From Octopus bimaculoides (taxonomy: Eukaryota), in NCBI RefSeq assembly GCF_001194135.2, contig NC_068985.1, forward strand, positions 107,850,764-107,914,763: 64,000 bases of DNA. Direction: 5' to 3'. Under the pieces are notes generated by a model. That model had not been told where the DNA came from. It searched no databases and saw only the letters and a list, made by a program, of their open reading frames with translations. Each line of letters starts with the position of its first letter. Within the stretch, counting starts at the first letter, position 1. Below are positions 26,602-39,624 of this stretch, in pieces. The translations under genes were made by a program, and so were the position numbers.

Positions 26602-28958
26602 GGACAATGGACTTTGAATGATGATGATTTGTATATATATGAATGATAGAAATAGTAGTGCTTGTAGTATTTGCTGAAGAGGCTGGTGTAGTTGATACTT
26701 ACCTTGAACATCAAAAAGCTGGTGATGCACCTGCTCTTGAGTGGACCATATCAGTTACTGGATGCTATTTAGTTGTTCCTTCATTTTGAGCTGCATGTGT
26801 TAGTGTTGTTTCTATTCTCCTGTGCTACATTCAAATGCATGCACCACTGAGCAACCATGCTAGTTAACCTCTTGTTGGATCTGACTCAGTATCTGGTTTC
26901 TGTTTTTGTGTGTATCACCAGCTCCCCACTCCTTCTGTGATTTTCTCCAACACTATACTTACATTGATGACCTCTTTAAAACACCATATGATATATATGT
27001 CTATATAAAGTATTTACAACGTAAGTGCATATTAAACGGTTGTGTATTTTTCTCATTTTTATTCAAGCAGTTTACATCTGTTATGCATACTGTATGGACA
27101 CACACAACATGCTCTGCACATTGCCATCCACACCAAACTACATAGTACAGTAACTGGAAAACCTTATCAATAGCTAGCAGAAAAATTACCCTCCTCTGTA
27201 CCCTGTAAATCTAATATGATAAATGTGAAAACTAATTTGTGTGTCAGTGTGTCACACTTTGACTCCCCTCTCTCACTGTTCAATGACACTTCTACTATTC
27301 CTTGTGATGGGGTGAGAGTAATAGTAAGCATAATAAGGTGAGGGCGATGGTGAAGACAGGCAAAGAGAGAGACAGAAAGAAAGATAAAGACATTTAGGGA
27401 GAGTTGATGTTTTATTAAAAGTAGTTGTGTTGATGGTGGCAGTTGGAGTAATAATAAGAGAGAGAGAGAGAAAGAGGGACTGACACTGAATCAACATACT
27501 GAACACTGATGGTAAATGAGTGATACTAATAGTATGAGCTGTACCTGTGATAGAGGCGGAGGCAGTGGTGATGATGGTGGTGGCGGTGGTAGCTGAGGTG
27601 GTCAGGGATGAAGGTGAGAGTCAGCGATGTGAAAGACAGTGGTGATGGTGGTGGAGGGGAAGGCATTGAAGTCAAGGGTATTGATGGTGGTGGTGTCAGA
27701 CGTCTGAATGGTGTGTGTATGGTAGATGTGGTGGCAACTTTGCAATAAGTTCCAAGTTGACAAATTATATCATTATTTTGATGAAAATTGTTCATGTAAT
27801 ATGTACTCAATGCATGAAGTGTCATTGTTGGGCCCAAGACCTAATGAAGAGCCCTTCATAGGAGCTAGCTTAAAAGCCGCCCTATTGGGTGGCTTTTGAG
27901 CTAGTTTTTTATAATGGCTTATTCATTACATTGCTAACCTATGCATTTTTTCAACAACAAATGATTGCCCATGCTGACATCCAACTATGTCAGCCAAGGG
28001 GCTGTGCAACAGCAACAACCCTTTCACAGTATACACATATCTTGGTCTGTCTGTCTGTCTGTCTCTCATATAAATGTTTTATTACAAGGTGTGACATCTG
28101 AAACAAATGGACCAATGAATTTATATTTAGAAATAGTTTTAAAGAACTATTTAGAAAAAAAAAACTGGTGTGTGTGTGTGTGTGTTATTGTGCCAATGTA
28201 GTCACATTCCTGCCTATTAGTGTATGTGTGTGTGTGTGGAAACACTAAGGCTGAAGAATGTTGAGTTATATTGTCACAAGAGTGGCTTGGCTAGTTAGCT
28301 AGAATTTATTGTTCTACTGAATGGTACAGCTTGACAAGTATACATTCACAGGGTTTACGAAAAAAAAACATGTTGTAAACTTTATTGGTGGAAGGTAGCT
28401 CTGGTGGTACTGGTAGGCCAAGAATGACTTAGAATAAATGAAGTCGGATCTGAGAATTTTAAGTCTCTGACAAGATGATAATGGGTTGATGTATGGCGAT
28501 AGGCTGTTTCAATCCAACTGATGTCACAAGAAAAACAAAGATAGGTGTGTGTGTGTGTGTGTGTATTTATATATAGGCACAGGTATAGCTGTGCAGTTAA
28601 GAAGCTTGCTTCTCAGCCTTGTGATCTTGGGTTCACACCCATTGCGCTGCACCTTGGGTATGCATCTTCTATGTAGTCCACAGCCTTGTGAGTGGATTTG
28701 CTTAGATGGAGACTGTATGTACATGTGTTTGTGTGTACCCTTGTCTTGACATCACGCGATGGTTGTTAATGAATGTCACCGTGATATGAGTAATGTTCTT
28801 TGTGTCCAGTCTTATTTGAGAAAAAACATGTTTGGCTATGGAGAAATATTACCCTGCTTGGAAATGAGTGGGGGCTGATGACAAGAAGGGCATCTAGTCA
28901 TAGGAAAATCTGCTTCATCAAATTCTGAGTTAAACAAGCAAGGAAAAGTAACTATTAT

Positions 28959-29360
28959 AGGTGCAGGAGTGGCTGTGTGGTAAGTAGCTTGCTTACCAAC
29001 CACATGGTTCCAGGTTCATTCCTACTGCATGGCACCTTGAGCAAGTGTCTTTTACTACAGCCTCGGGCCGACTAAAGCCTTGTGAGTGGATTTGGTAGAC
29101 GGAAACTGAAAGAAGCCCGTCGTATATATGTATATATATAAATATATGTATGTGTGTGTATATGTTTGTGACTGTGTTTGTCCCTCAATATCGCTTGACA
29201 ACCGATGCTGGTGTGTTTATGTCCCCGTAACTTAGCAGTTTGGCAAAAGAGATCGATAGAATAAGTACTAGGCTTCCAAAGAATAAGTCCTGGGATCGAT
29301 TTGCTCGGCTAAAAGGTGGTGCTCCAGCATGGCTGCAGTCAAATGACTGAAACAAAAGAG
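28959..29360 (+). mobile_element. S1a SINE, full length
   Basis: Co-linear with 1231-1631, with several CpG-to-TpG/CpA changes. Confidence 0.9.
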
Positions 29361-30041
29361 TGTTAAGACTGATAATATTGATACACACACACACACACAC
29401 ACACACATTAATTTGGCTACCAGTTTAAGGCCACGAGTGATTTATAGTTAATGAGTCAGAGGATAGATAAAAATGGAGATTTGCTGTTGATCGGTTTTTA
29501 GTCTTTTTATAAAACTGTGGTGTTGCAGAATGGTTTACATTGCACAGTGGTTGTTACAGAAGAGTTGGAATAAGGGAATCTGAAGCTACTTCATTACTCA
29601 ATCTTACATGAACCACCACTCCCATCAGTGATTTAAGGGAGGAAAGATATTTACCTTTGAATATTGCTGGCCTTGCATGTTTAGTGCAAAATCTGATTTT
29701 GAATGTGTTGAAGAAAAAGTTTTTGCAAATCAAAATCTGCAGTCCTGTGAAAGATTAAGCGCAGATAATACCTACAAATGTGTTTGTTTCTTTGATACTG
29801 GTATCTTTTATTGTCGTCAGATTATTGTGAAATTGGCAATATTGCAGAAATGTTGTTTTTTTAATGTAAGTAGCCATTTCTGCTAAAAACTATTGTGCTT
29901 GTGTTGTTAGTTAGTTACATGATTAAAAACAGGTATTTTCAAAAAGAGATAAAAGGAAGAAAGATGTTGGTAGTAAATTAAATGCAATTAATAATTAATT
30001 CTTTTATTGACTACAAGGGATAATTAAATGCAATTAATAAT

Positions 30042-30423
30042 TTGTTGTTGGCACTCCGTCGCTTACGACATTGAGGGTTCCAGTTGATCAACGGAACAGC
30101 CTGCTCGTGAAATTAACGTGCAAGTGGCTGAGCACTCCACAGACACGTGTACCCTTAACGAAGTTCTCGAGGATATTCAGCCTGACACAGTGTGACAAGG
30201 CTGACCCTTTGATTTACAGGCACAACAGAAACAGGAAGTAAGAGTGAGAGAAAGTTGTGGTGAAAGAGTACAGCAGGGTTCGCCACCATCCCCTGCTGGA
30301 GCCTCGTGGAGCTTTAGGTGTTTTCGCTCAATAAACACTCACAACACCCGGTCTGGGAATCGAAATCGCGATCCTATGACCGCAATTCTGCTGCCCTAAC
30401 CACTGGGCCATTGCGCCTCCACA
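30042..30423 (-). mobile_element. S2 SINE, 11-bp TSD
   Basis: Reverse-complement S2 copy. TSD caattaataat at 30031-30041 and 30424-30434. Confidence 0.92.
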
Positions 30424-30799
30424 CAATTAATAATAGATGTAGAAATACAAACATTACAAAAAGAATTTTTTGTGGCATATTCATGATGAAATTTATTGGT
30501 AAACTGAGCTACCCCCATCAGAAATAACATACCCAAGCATTGCATGGATTTTAACATTTAGAAACTGTTAGCTGCTCCCTTTTGCTTGATATACTTATGA
30601 ATATGGTGGGTAATTCTACTGATCAAAGTCAATGGTAAAAATTGTAAATACATGGATAAAGAGAGAATTCCATAGTGGAACTGTTTTGAGGTGGAAGGAT
30701 TGGCATAGTAAGCTATAAAGAGCAATAAGCATCAGTTCCTGAAAGATAACCAGACACACTCATACATATATATACATGACATGTTTTCACATGATTTCT

Positions 30800-31008
30800 T
30801 ATTTCTTTATTGCCCACAAGGGGTTAAACATAGAGGGGACAAACAAGGGGATTATGTTGATTACATCGACCCCAGTGCGTAACTGGTACTTAATTTATCG
30901 ACCCCGAAAGGATGAAAGGCAAAGTCGACCTCGGTGGAATTTGAACTCAGAATGTAAAGACAGACGAAATACCGCTGAGCATTTTGCCCGGCGTGCTAAC
31001 GTTTCTGC
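30800..31008 (-). mobile_element. S3 SINE inserted in a minus-strand S1 SINE, 20-bp TSD
   Basis: TSD catgttttcacatgatttct at 30780-30799 and 31009-31028; reverse complement of 15312-15540. Confidence 0.9.
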
Positions 31009-31769
31009 CATGTTTTCACATGATTTCTGCCTATCAAATTCACTCCCAAGGCATTGGTTGGCTTGAGTCTATAGAAGACATTTGCCCAAGGTACCGTGCA
31101 GTGGGACTGAAACTAAAACCACTTGATTGCATAGTGAACTTCTGAACCACCCAGTATTACCTACACCTGTCAACATTATATATTCAGTGGATCAAGTAAG
31201 GATGTAAGCGAACTGTATTAAAGGTATTAGTGTGCTGGAAAGAGGATATTATAAGTATGGCTATGATAAGTGAATGAGTGAAAATGCATTGTGTGAGAAA
31301 GACAGCAGAGGTAAAGGAAAGAGGAAAGCTGGGGAAGATGGGAGCAGAGATGATGATGCCAAATAGCAAGATGCTAAGTTTTCCAAATGAGAGAATGCAA
31401 AATGAGAGAGCGTTGTATGCTGTATGGCAGACCTAGCCAACCCTCCCACCATTGAGAAATGATTGCTGAATTCAATAAAATTTTGAGGAAGTGGTTAACT
31501 TGGTGAACAGCATCAAACAAATCACTTGCTAATATCAGCTCCTCCTCCTCCTCACCCCACCACCACCTCCTGCATTGAACAATAGCTGTCACAAAAGCAT
31601 ATCAGTGTTGCTGTTTGCTGATGCTGATTCCCCAATACAGACAATTGAAGAATTTCCTTCTAACTTTTGTTCTCATCTAAGTATTGTTCTATCAATGGCA
31701 GCAGACTCTCCCACCTGATATCAAAGAGAGAAATGGTAGTGGGGAGGGCGGGTTAAGAAAAAAAAAAAA

Positions 31770-32089
31770 NNNNNNNNNNNNNNNNNNNNNNNNNNNNNNN
31801 NNNNNNNNNNNNNNNNNNNNNNNNNNNNNNNNNNNNNNNNNNNNNNNNNNNNNNNNNNNNNNNNNNNNNNNNNNNNNNNNNNNNNNNNNNNNNNNNNNNN
31901 NNNNNNNNNNNNNNNNNNNNNNNNNNNNNNNNNNNNNNNNNNNNNNNNNNNNNNNNNNNNNNNNNNNNNNNNNNNNNNNNNNNNNNNNNNNNNNNNNNNN
32001 NNNNNNNNNNNNNNNNNNNNNNNNNNNNNNNNNNNNNNNNNNNNNNNNNNNNNNNNNNNNNNNNNNNNNNNNNNNNNNNNNNNNNNNNN
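31770..32089. other. Assembly gap (320 N)
   Basis: N run between a poly-A tract and (TA)n. Confidence 0.99.
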
Positions 32090-32726
32090 TATATATATAT
32101 ATATATATATATATATGTAGATGTTTGGCGTCTCTTAGAAATGTTTTTGTGTATGTTTTATGTTACTTGTATGGTATAAGTGCAGATGTGGTTGTATGGT
32201 TAAGAAACTTGCTTCCCAACCATAAGGTTTTAGGTTCAATTCCAAGTCCATTTCTCTGTCTCTCTGTCTGTCTGTCTCTGTCTCTCTCTCTCACACACAC
32301 GCACGTATATATACATATATTCATTCATTCATTATGTCATAACTAGTAACACTGCTAAATACAGTAATAACCACACCACTGTATTGGAAATATGACTGGA
32401 AGCTGTTACTCAACGCAGTCCTTCTTTTTTGAAGATGGTAGGATAGGATTTGAGGGAGATTTGATTGCTATTTGTAACAAATTTCACATTTGTATAGAGG
32501 CTTCCTTCTTGGTTCAAGCTGGAGTTGGCAAAAGACTACCTGTCATACATTGGTTTCTTTCACTTAATCTTCTCTATAGAGAGGAGGGCAGTGCTCATGA
32601 GACTTTTTCCAGAGTCCCTGAGACTAGTGAAAGGAAACAGAGAAAGTTATCTTCAGATTGAAGACCGGAACCAGATGCTTGCAACAGAGTGAACCCCACT
32701 AAAAGCATCCAAAGAACAGGTATTAA

Positions 32727-32944
32727 CCCCTTTGATACTGACCCATCCAGGACCAACTCTGGTTATATAATAAAAGCTTCCTGTTTTAAAAAGTTAATCA
32801 GTTACAACCTTCCATCAAAATTTCATGTTAATTGAAGTTCCAACCACTAGATGATTGATGAGTTATTTCACTAAACTCATTATTTTCAAAATTAATTGAA
32901 ATAATGGCAGTGTATTTCAACAGAAATATGGTAACAAAAAAAGA
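32727..32944 (+). mobile_element. P1 piggyBac-type MITE
   Basis: Flanked by TTAA on both sides; ccctttgatac...caacagaaatatggtaac. Confidence 0.75.
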
Positions 32945-34639
32945 TTAAACTGGGCAATGTTGTGTTAATGACATAAAAACTTAGTTATTGATATTCTTCA
33001 ATTTGTTAGTTTTGTAACTCAACTACATTAGCTTCTGTGTTGCTACAACCATACAGGGACAGCCTGGTGTATTACTATTATAAGTATTACCAAACTGCCA
33101 CTGCTCTACAGCACCAAATCATTACAGAAATCACTGACTCTGACGTGCATATAGCACCCTCCACTACTGCATATAATATTTTCTTTACCTACCACAGAAC
33201 CTGCACCATTCAGGATTGAAAATAAAATACCAGTTTCCCCTAGAATTTGATAGGTTTGTAACTAAACTATAGTTTCTGACATATGCATAAGGCTAGAAAT
33301 TTTGTAGGTGAGATTAGTTGATTAGATCAACTCCAGTTACAATCTGGTACTTACGTTATTGCCTTTGAAAAGATGAATGGTAAAGTCAACCTTACTGTAA
33401 TTCAAACTCAATATGTAAAAAAAAAAACAATACAACAAAGTGTTTTGTCCATTATGTTCATTATGTTACTGTTTCTGTCAATCCACTGTCCCATCCCCCA
33501 CCTCTAAACAGGGTAAATGTTTGCCCTATCTACTCTTTACATAAACTTTTTCCCTTTGGTATTTATGTGTTTGTGTGTGTGTATCATTTTATATATTCTG
33601 TGTGCATGTACACACACATACACATTTAAAATCATTCAAATCTGTCTCAGATTTTGTACACTCCCAAGAGATTGGGTGGAATAATTCTAGAGTATCCAGT
33701 TCTATTCCTCCTCACCCGCTTTGGCTAAAATACCACTGGCAGCACTGTGAGTTGCTTACTCTTTAACTCTGCCTTTGTCTCTCACCAACCATTCCCTTGC
33801 TCTCTGTCTCTCTATCTCTCTCAATATACACACATATCACATATGTCCATTTATATCTCTGCCAAAACATTTTTTTCTTTTCTTTTCTGACCTTTTCAGT
33901 AGATAACATTAGATATCAGACATATTAGAAAGACCAGCCACTTCTACTTAATTTTTTTTCTGTCAGTGTCCAGTTATCATTTACCTCCTCCACTATAATT
34001 GTTTCTCTATTTAGCTGTCCCTCAGGGCAACAAGAGAAGAAAAATAGCAAACAGCCATCTTGATACCATATTCCACATGAGAGCTTAATATTTGCATTAA
34101 ACCAATGTAGCATTTACTTTGGCTCTCTGCAGGCATCTGCTTTTATACCCCACTTCCTATCATTTTAGTTGTCAGAGGATTCTGAGCCTCACCTTGTTTT
34201 CCATCACCTAATTCTTACCTCACCACCCCGTGATGATTCTTAGTTGTGTTGCTATGTATGTGCCAATATAGCAGAGAAATAATCAACTACGTATGATACT
34301 GGTCTACAATCTCATTGGTCTTAAATATGTTTTGCTATCCAAAAAATGGGCTGTTTTGTAGTTTTGGATAGCACACATCATATAGCTCTTGAAGCTCATG
34401 CTAGAATCATCATCATTGTTTAACGTCTGCTTTCCATGCTAGCATGGGTTGGACGACTTGACTGAGGACTGGTGAAACCGGATGGCAGTTTCTACGGCTG
34501 GATGCCCTTCCTAACGCCAACCACTCAGAGAGTGTAGAATAGATTGTAATATTTCTGACGAAAAGAAAAAAAAAAAAGCATTGCTTGTTTCACAAATGAA
34601 AATTCATGAAGGGGTTTTGTTGACTGCTAGGTCGTTGTT

Positions 34640-35668
34640 AGCTGATGAAACCAGTGTAAAAGAAGTAAGCCTAGATGCAATGGTTTTTAGGGAAATTCAG
34701 TCCAGTTTAGTGTTCCATAATCTTGTTCTCAAAGAAAGCCCTGCATGTAGCTTTGAAGGAGGACATGAACTAGTGTCATTGACCCTTGTAATTGGAGGTT
34801 ATATTTACCACTGACCATCAAAGGATTTCTCCTAAGAGCCTTTGTACATTTTCTTTGGTGATCATCTGACATGGTCACCAGTAGAGAGTTTGTTGTGTAG
34901 TACAGTCTTGGACAAGCAATAATCTTCCAGCTTGGAAACATGCCCTGCCCAGCATAATGGTGGTTGTAACATGCCCTGACCAGCACAGTGGTGGCTGTTG
35001 GTTACATTTTGCCTGTTCAAGGATTTCAGTGTTTGATAATAAAGTTACTCCAGTGAATGTTAAGGATGTTGTAGATGCAGCATTGCCGGGAGTGCTCAAG
35101 AACCATGGTGATAGTAGTTAACCAATGACTTATACAGAATAATGATTAGTATAACAGCTCTGAACATGGTGATCTTTGTAATTTTCCATAGATGTTTGCT
35201 ATTCCAGACTCTTTTGTGTAGTCTGCTGAATGCACAATTTAATTTAACCTGCCTTTGGTTATCCTCTTTGTTGATTTTAGCACTGGATGTGATAGTGCAC
35301 CCCAGGGAGCTAAACTGCTGGGCCATCTTCAGATCTGTTTTGCTGATAGTAATGTAAAGATGGTTATAACCTTCCTAAGGTGTAGGCTAGCAGAGGACTT
35401 CTGTCTTCTTCAAGCTGTCTTTCAGTTTGAAGAGTTCAGCAGCTTCTGCAAAGCTGATGTTATATGTTGCATGGTTGACCCTGTATAGGTAACAAGCACA
35501 ACATAGTCAACAAAGTGTAGCTCCCATTTTGGAATAATCTGTCCAAGAGGTTCTCTTCTACTAGTCACCTGAAGTTGAACAAGCTGTCATTGATGCAGTA
35601 TTTGATGTAGTGATCACTTTCTTCATTAAGGTCTTCTGTGGCCATTATGAATGTCATGTAGATGAAGA
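34640..35668 (-). mobile_element. 5'-truncated, decayed RTE-clade LINE (RT C-terminal region)
   Basis: Minus-strand fragments such as FSSLGCTITSSAKINKEDNQRQVKLNCAFSRLHKRVWNSKHLWKITKITMFRAVILIIILY resemble the RTE/BovB ORF2 motif FTYLGS.IS...IDKE...R..KA..AFGRL..RVW....L...TKI.VYRAVVL..LLY. Multiple stops and frameshifts. Confidence 0.85.
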
Positions 35669-37048
35669 GAGAGAGAGAGAGAGAGTATGTATAAGGAGAC
35701 TGTTTCCTATTAAGGGCTTTGAGAACTTGTTGCTGAGTCTAACTTGTCAAAGCTGATCTGGTTATAGTGCTGGATATTTGGTTGTGCCAAAATGTAACAA
35801 TCTCAATGGCACTGATGAAGTGTTGCTATGAACACAGCAAAGTAGGAAAGGCTATTTTTTTTTTTATTATTCCCTGTCTAGCAAGTCAGACATTTGTCAC
35901 ACAGCATTCACTACACTGGGAACAAAGTGATGTATTGCATTTTCATCTTCTCTGAGTAAGCAACCACCCCAATATTGTGTGTTCAGGGAAAGTATGATTG
36001 AGTGTTTGGTTAAGAAACTTGCTTTCTGGGTTCAATTCCACTGCATGGTGTCTTAGATTAATGTCATTTTCTGTCAGCCTTGAATTGATGTATACCATAT
36101 GAGTGAAACTGGGTAGATGAAAACTGTATAGAAGCTTGTTGGATGGATCCTACCTGTTATTGAAAAGGTATAGCCTTGTCAACATGCTGTGTCATGCTGA
36201 TTCTATCTGAGAATTACATTGATTGCACGTGTTTGTGGAATGCTCAGTTACTTACACATCAATTCAAAGCAGTTGATTAAACAACTGAATCTTCATTGTT
36301 AGATGGTGGAGATCCACTACCATATATATATGTGTGTGCGTGTGTATTTATTTCAAGTGTAGAAATTCAGTGAAGCTTACTTATTGCTCAGTCTCCCTGT
36401 GGGAGCTGTCTTCAGATATAATCTAATCATAATAATTCTAATTTTAGTACAACACTTTTCAGTTTGTAGAGAGATAATCTATTGAGTTGGTACTTAATTG
36501 AGTCCTTGGAGGGATGGAAAGCAGAGTTGACATGAATGGAATTTGAACTATATTACACATACTAAGGTATGTAATTTAGACCCACCACCACCTGCCACAA
36601 GGTAGTTAGTCCTGCAACACTCTTCTGTTTCCTACACTTCATCAACTTTCTAATCATAATTTCTTTCATTGGCACAAGGCCACCAGTTTGTAAGAGTTCA
36701 ACTTCAGTTACAACTGGTATTTATTTTATCAACATCAGAGAGATGGAAGGCTGATTTGAGTAGTACTGATAATAATAACAACAACAATATTTTTTTTTTT
36801 AATTATAAAAGAGGCACTTGAATAAGGGACAGTGGGAGTTTCACATCAAGTGAGTGAATTAGTGACATACAAGAAATAAGATTAGAAACTGTTGGAGAGG
36901 AATCCATCCATAAAATCAGCCCCTACACTTGACTGGCGTTTGTTTTATCATTCCCGGAAGTTGAAACCCTGCATGATTTTTAACTCTGTGAATAAATAAC
37001 AATAATAATACTTGGTGCTGTATCGAAGTAGGTTGGCAGCTACTTTAA

Positions 37049-37276
37049 CAGTTTTGTTAATATGTTTCTGTTGAAATACACTGGCTTTATTTTAATTAAT
37101 TTTGAAAATAATGAAGAATTTTGTAAAATTAACTTTGTCGTAATTAAGGTGGTGTTTGGAATATAAATTAGAATAGCATTTTAGTGGAAGGCTTTAATTT
37201 AGATCACTCTAAAACAGGAAGTTTATATTACAGAAAAGAAATAGAGGCGGTCTCAGACGGGTTGGTATCAAAAGGG
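37049..37276 (-). mobile_element. P1 MITE
   Basis: TTAA on both sides; ends ggttggtatcaaaaggg|ttaa. Confidence 0.8.
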
Positions 37277-38402
37277 TTAAAGGAACCGAAATAAAGAAAA
37301 AAAAAAAGCTGTAATGCTACTTTTTGAAATAGCTTCTAATTAACGAACATGGTGCTGTAAGGGATTTGTACATAATCAAAGTCAACAGAATTGTAGTGCA
37401 ATGTAATGGTTTTACATTCACTGATCTTAGCTTGCTTCTGTGGGGGGTAGTTAATGTTCAGTGAAGCACATCTAACAAGGCAGGAAACTTAGCAAATAGC
37501 TGATAATAGTAAGAATTCCTTAGCCTAGGTTAGATAGTACATTGTGTGGTGCGAGTATGTAAGTTCATACTTGTGTGTGTACACGCGCACACTTACACGT
37601 GTACACATACACGTGTACTCATACACGTGTACACATACACACAGATGTATTAATATTTTCTGAATACTCATGAACTTAAGAGATAAGAGGTAAAAGCAAA
37701 CAATATAAATAAGCTTTATAGTTTAACTTCATTTCCTGTGAGGTGCAAGCTCCAGGTATAAGTTTATTTTCCTTTTCCTATCTGAGTCAAGCTGATTGGG
37801 GATCCCCTCTTGCAATGAAAATGGTGAGCTAATAAAGAGAATAATTGGGTGGGGAAGTAGTTTCACAGGAAATGGCATGGACCTTAATATAAAGCAGTGA
37901 CTCTTTCATCCCGTTTTTGCTCATGATTCCAGTTTGAACCTAGATTATGTCTGTCTCTCACTCCACTTTCATAGATGCTGTTAGTTGAAAAAACAAAAAC
38001 AAGACTTTTACTATTTGTAGTGTTTATCGTTGCCATATCATTGAAAAACAAAATGTTTTACTATAAACAACTGCTTCTATGCAGATAAAATTGTGCTTTT
38101 GCAAACAAAATACTAGAAAAACATAAAACCATGTTGTGTTGAGGTGGATGTTGTTGTGTAGCCCCAAGTCAGACCCTGAATGAGCAGTCATAGGCACATT
38201 GGTAGTTCACTGAATAATAAGGTGCATCAATCATATCATTGTCCCAGTCACAACATGTCTCCATTTAATTGGAGAGGAATGAAGGTAGTATGCTCTGTTG
38301 GATTTGCAACATCAGTGTGCATGACTGATAAAAGCACAACCGTGTTGAGAGAAAAGTTAGGTATCAGAGGGATACCTACTAAGTGGGAGAAGTAAAGAGT
38401 AT

Positions 38403-39624
38403 TATATGCACCTTCTTAACTTAAGACCATCTGCACTTACGACCATCTGCACTTACGACCATCTGCACTTACGACCATCTGCACTTACGACCACAAAAAA
38501 TAAAGTGTGGAGAGAGGTATCCCTTTCAAGATTTTATTGATTATGGACAGTGCCCCTGGCCACCTGCCTCATCTAGATGACCTTCATCCCAGTGTTAGAG
38601 TGGTTTTTATGCTACCTAACACAACCACTGTCATCCAACTCATGGATCAGGGTGCTGTTTTAGCAATTAAGGCTTATTCTCTCAAAACAACATTCACACC
38701 AGCTATTGAAGCATTTGATTCTGATGCAGATTTATCTTTGTGAGGCTTTTGGAAGCAGTACAACATTCTTCAGTGCATCAAGAATATTTTGACTGCATGG
38801 GAATGTGTACCAATGAAGTGTATGTCAGGAATTTGGAAAAAAGTGTCTCAAATGTTATACGAATACATTTGAAGGGTTTGAACAAGAAGAGGAGCTAGAA
38901 GTGATTAGAGAAGCCTCGGTTAAACTTGCAAACAATCTAGAATTAGAATGTGAAATAGATGTAGAGGAATTGCTAAATTGTGAAACAAAAGAACTTTCAG
39001 ATGAAGAGTTGAGTGAATTGGAAGCACACAGATTGACAGAAGGAAAAGCGAGAGAAGATGATGAGCCAGGAAAGAAATTCATGGCAAAGGGTTTATCTGA
39101 TTCATTTTCACAATTGAAACAAAGCAGTTTTGAAGCAATGGACCCTAATGTCAAATGCCTTGCAAAAGTTGAACGTATCATTCAAGATGCTATGTGTTGT
39201 TATCGTAAGATATATGACAAAAAAAGAAAAAAAAAAACGCTATTCAAACAAAGCTCACCATGTTCCTCAAAAAAAAAACATCTACTTCAACCCATGAGGA
39301 TGACTGAAGATAAAAAATTTATTTTCAATTGCACTTTTTTCACAGGAACAATTTTTTTTTATTGTATGTATGCAGAATTTCATTTGTATTAATTTTTACA
39401 TTAATTTAGATGGTATTTTTGTTTACAGTACAGTAGAGTACATATTACGTATTTTTCACATTATGTACAATAATTATGAATTAAATTTTTGTGCTTTATA
39501 TTTTTATAACCCATTTGAATGAAAATAGTGTTGAAAAATATAAATCTGACATATGACCAGGTCGACTTACGACCTGTCAGTCAGTCAATGGAACCTGGGC
39601 TTGTAAGTTGAGAAGGTGTATATG
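38403..39624 (+). mobile_element. Internally deleted Tigger/pogo-family DNA transposon
   Basis: Imperfect TIRs tatatgcaccttcttaactta and catatacaccttctcaactta, with TA at the right end. DDE_1-like remnant ILLIMDSAPGHLP...VVFMLPNTTTVIQLMDQGAVLAIKAY (38507-38743). Tigger-type acidic C-terminus DVEELL...ELSDEEL...YRKIYDKKR (38901-39260). Frameshifted, with no N-terminal HTH. Confidence 0.9.

Noticed and set aside
26640-26900. Minus-strand donor CAAG|gtaagt at about 26700 suggesting an antisense gene
   Set aside because: No matching acceptor or sustained open frame, and no other minus-strand exons were found to chain with it.
38901-39392. 163-aa ORF as an independent or domesticated gene
   Set aside because: It is the frameshifted C-terminal part of the Tigger transposase between TIRs; the catalytic and DNA-binding regions are deleted or broken.
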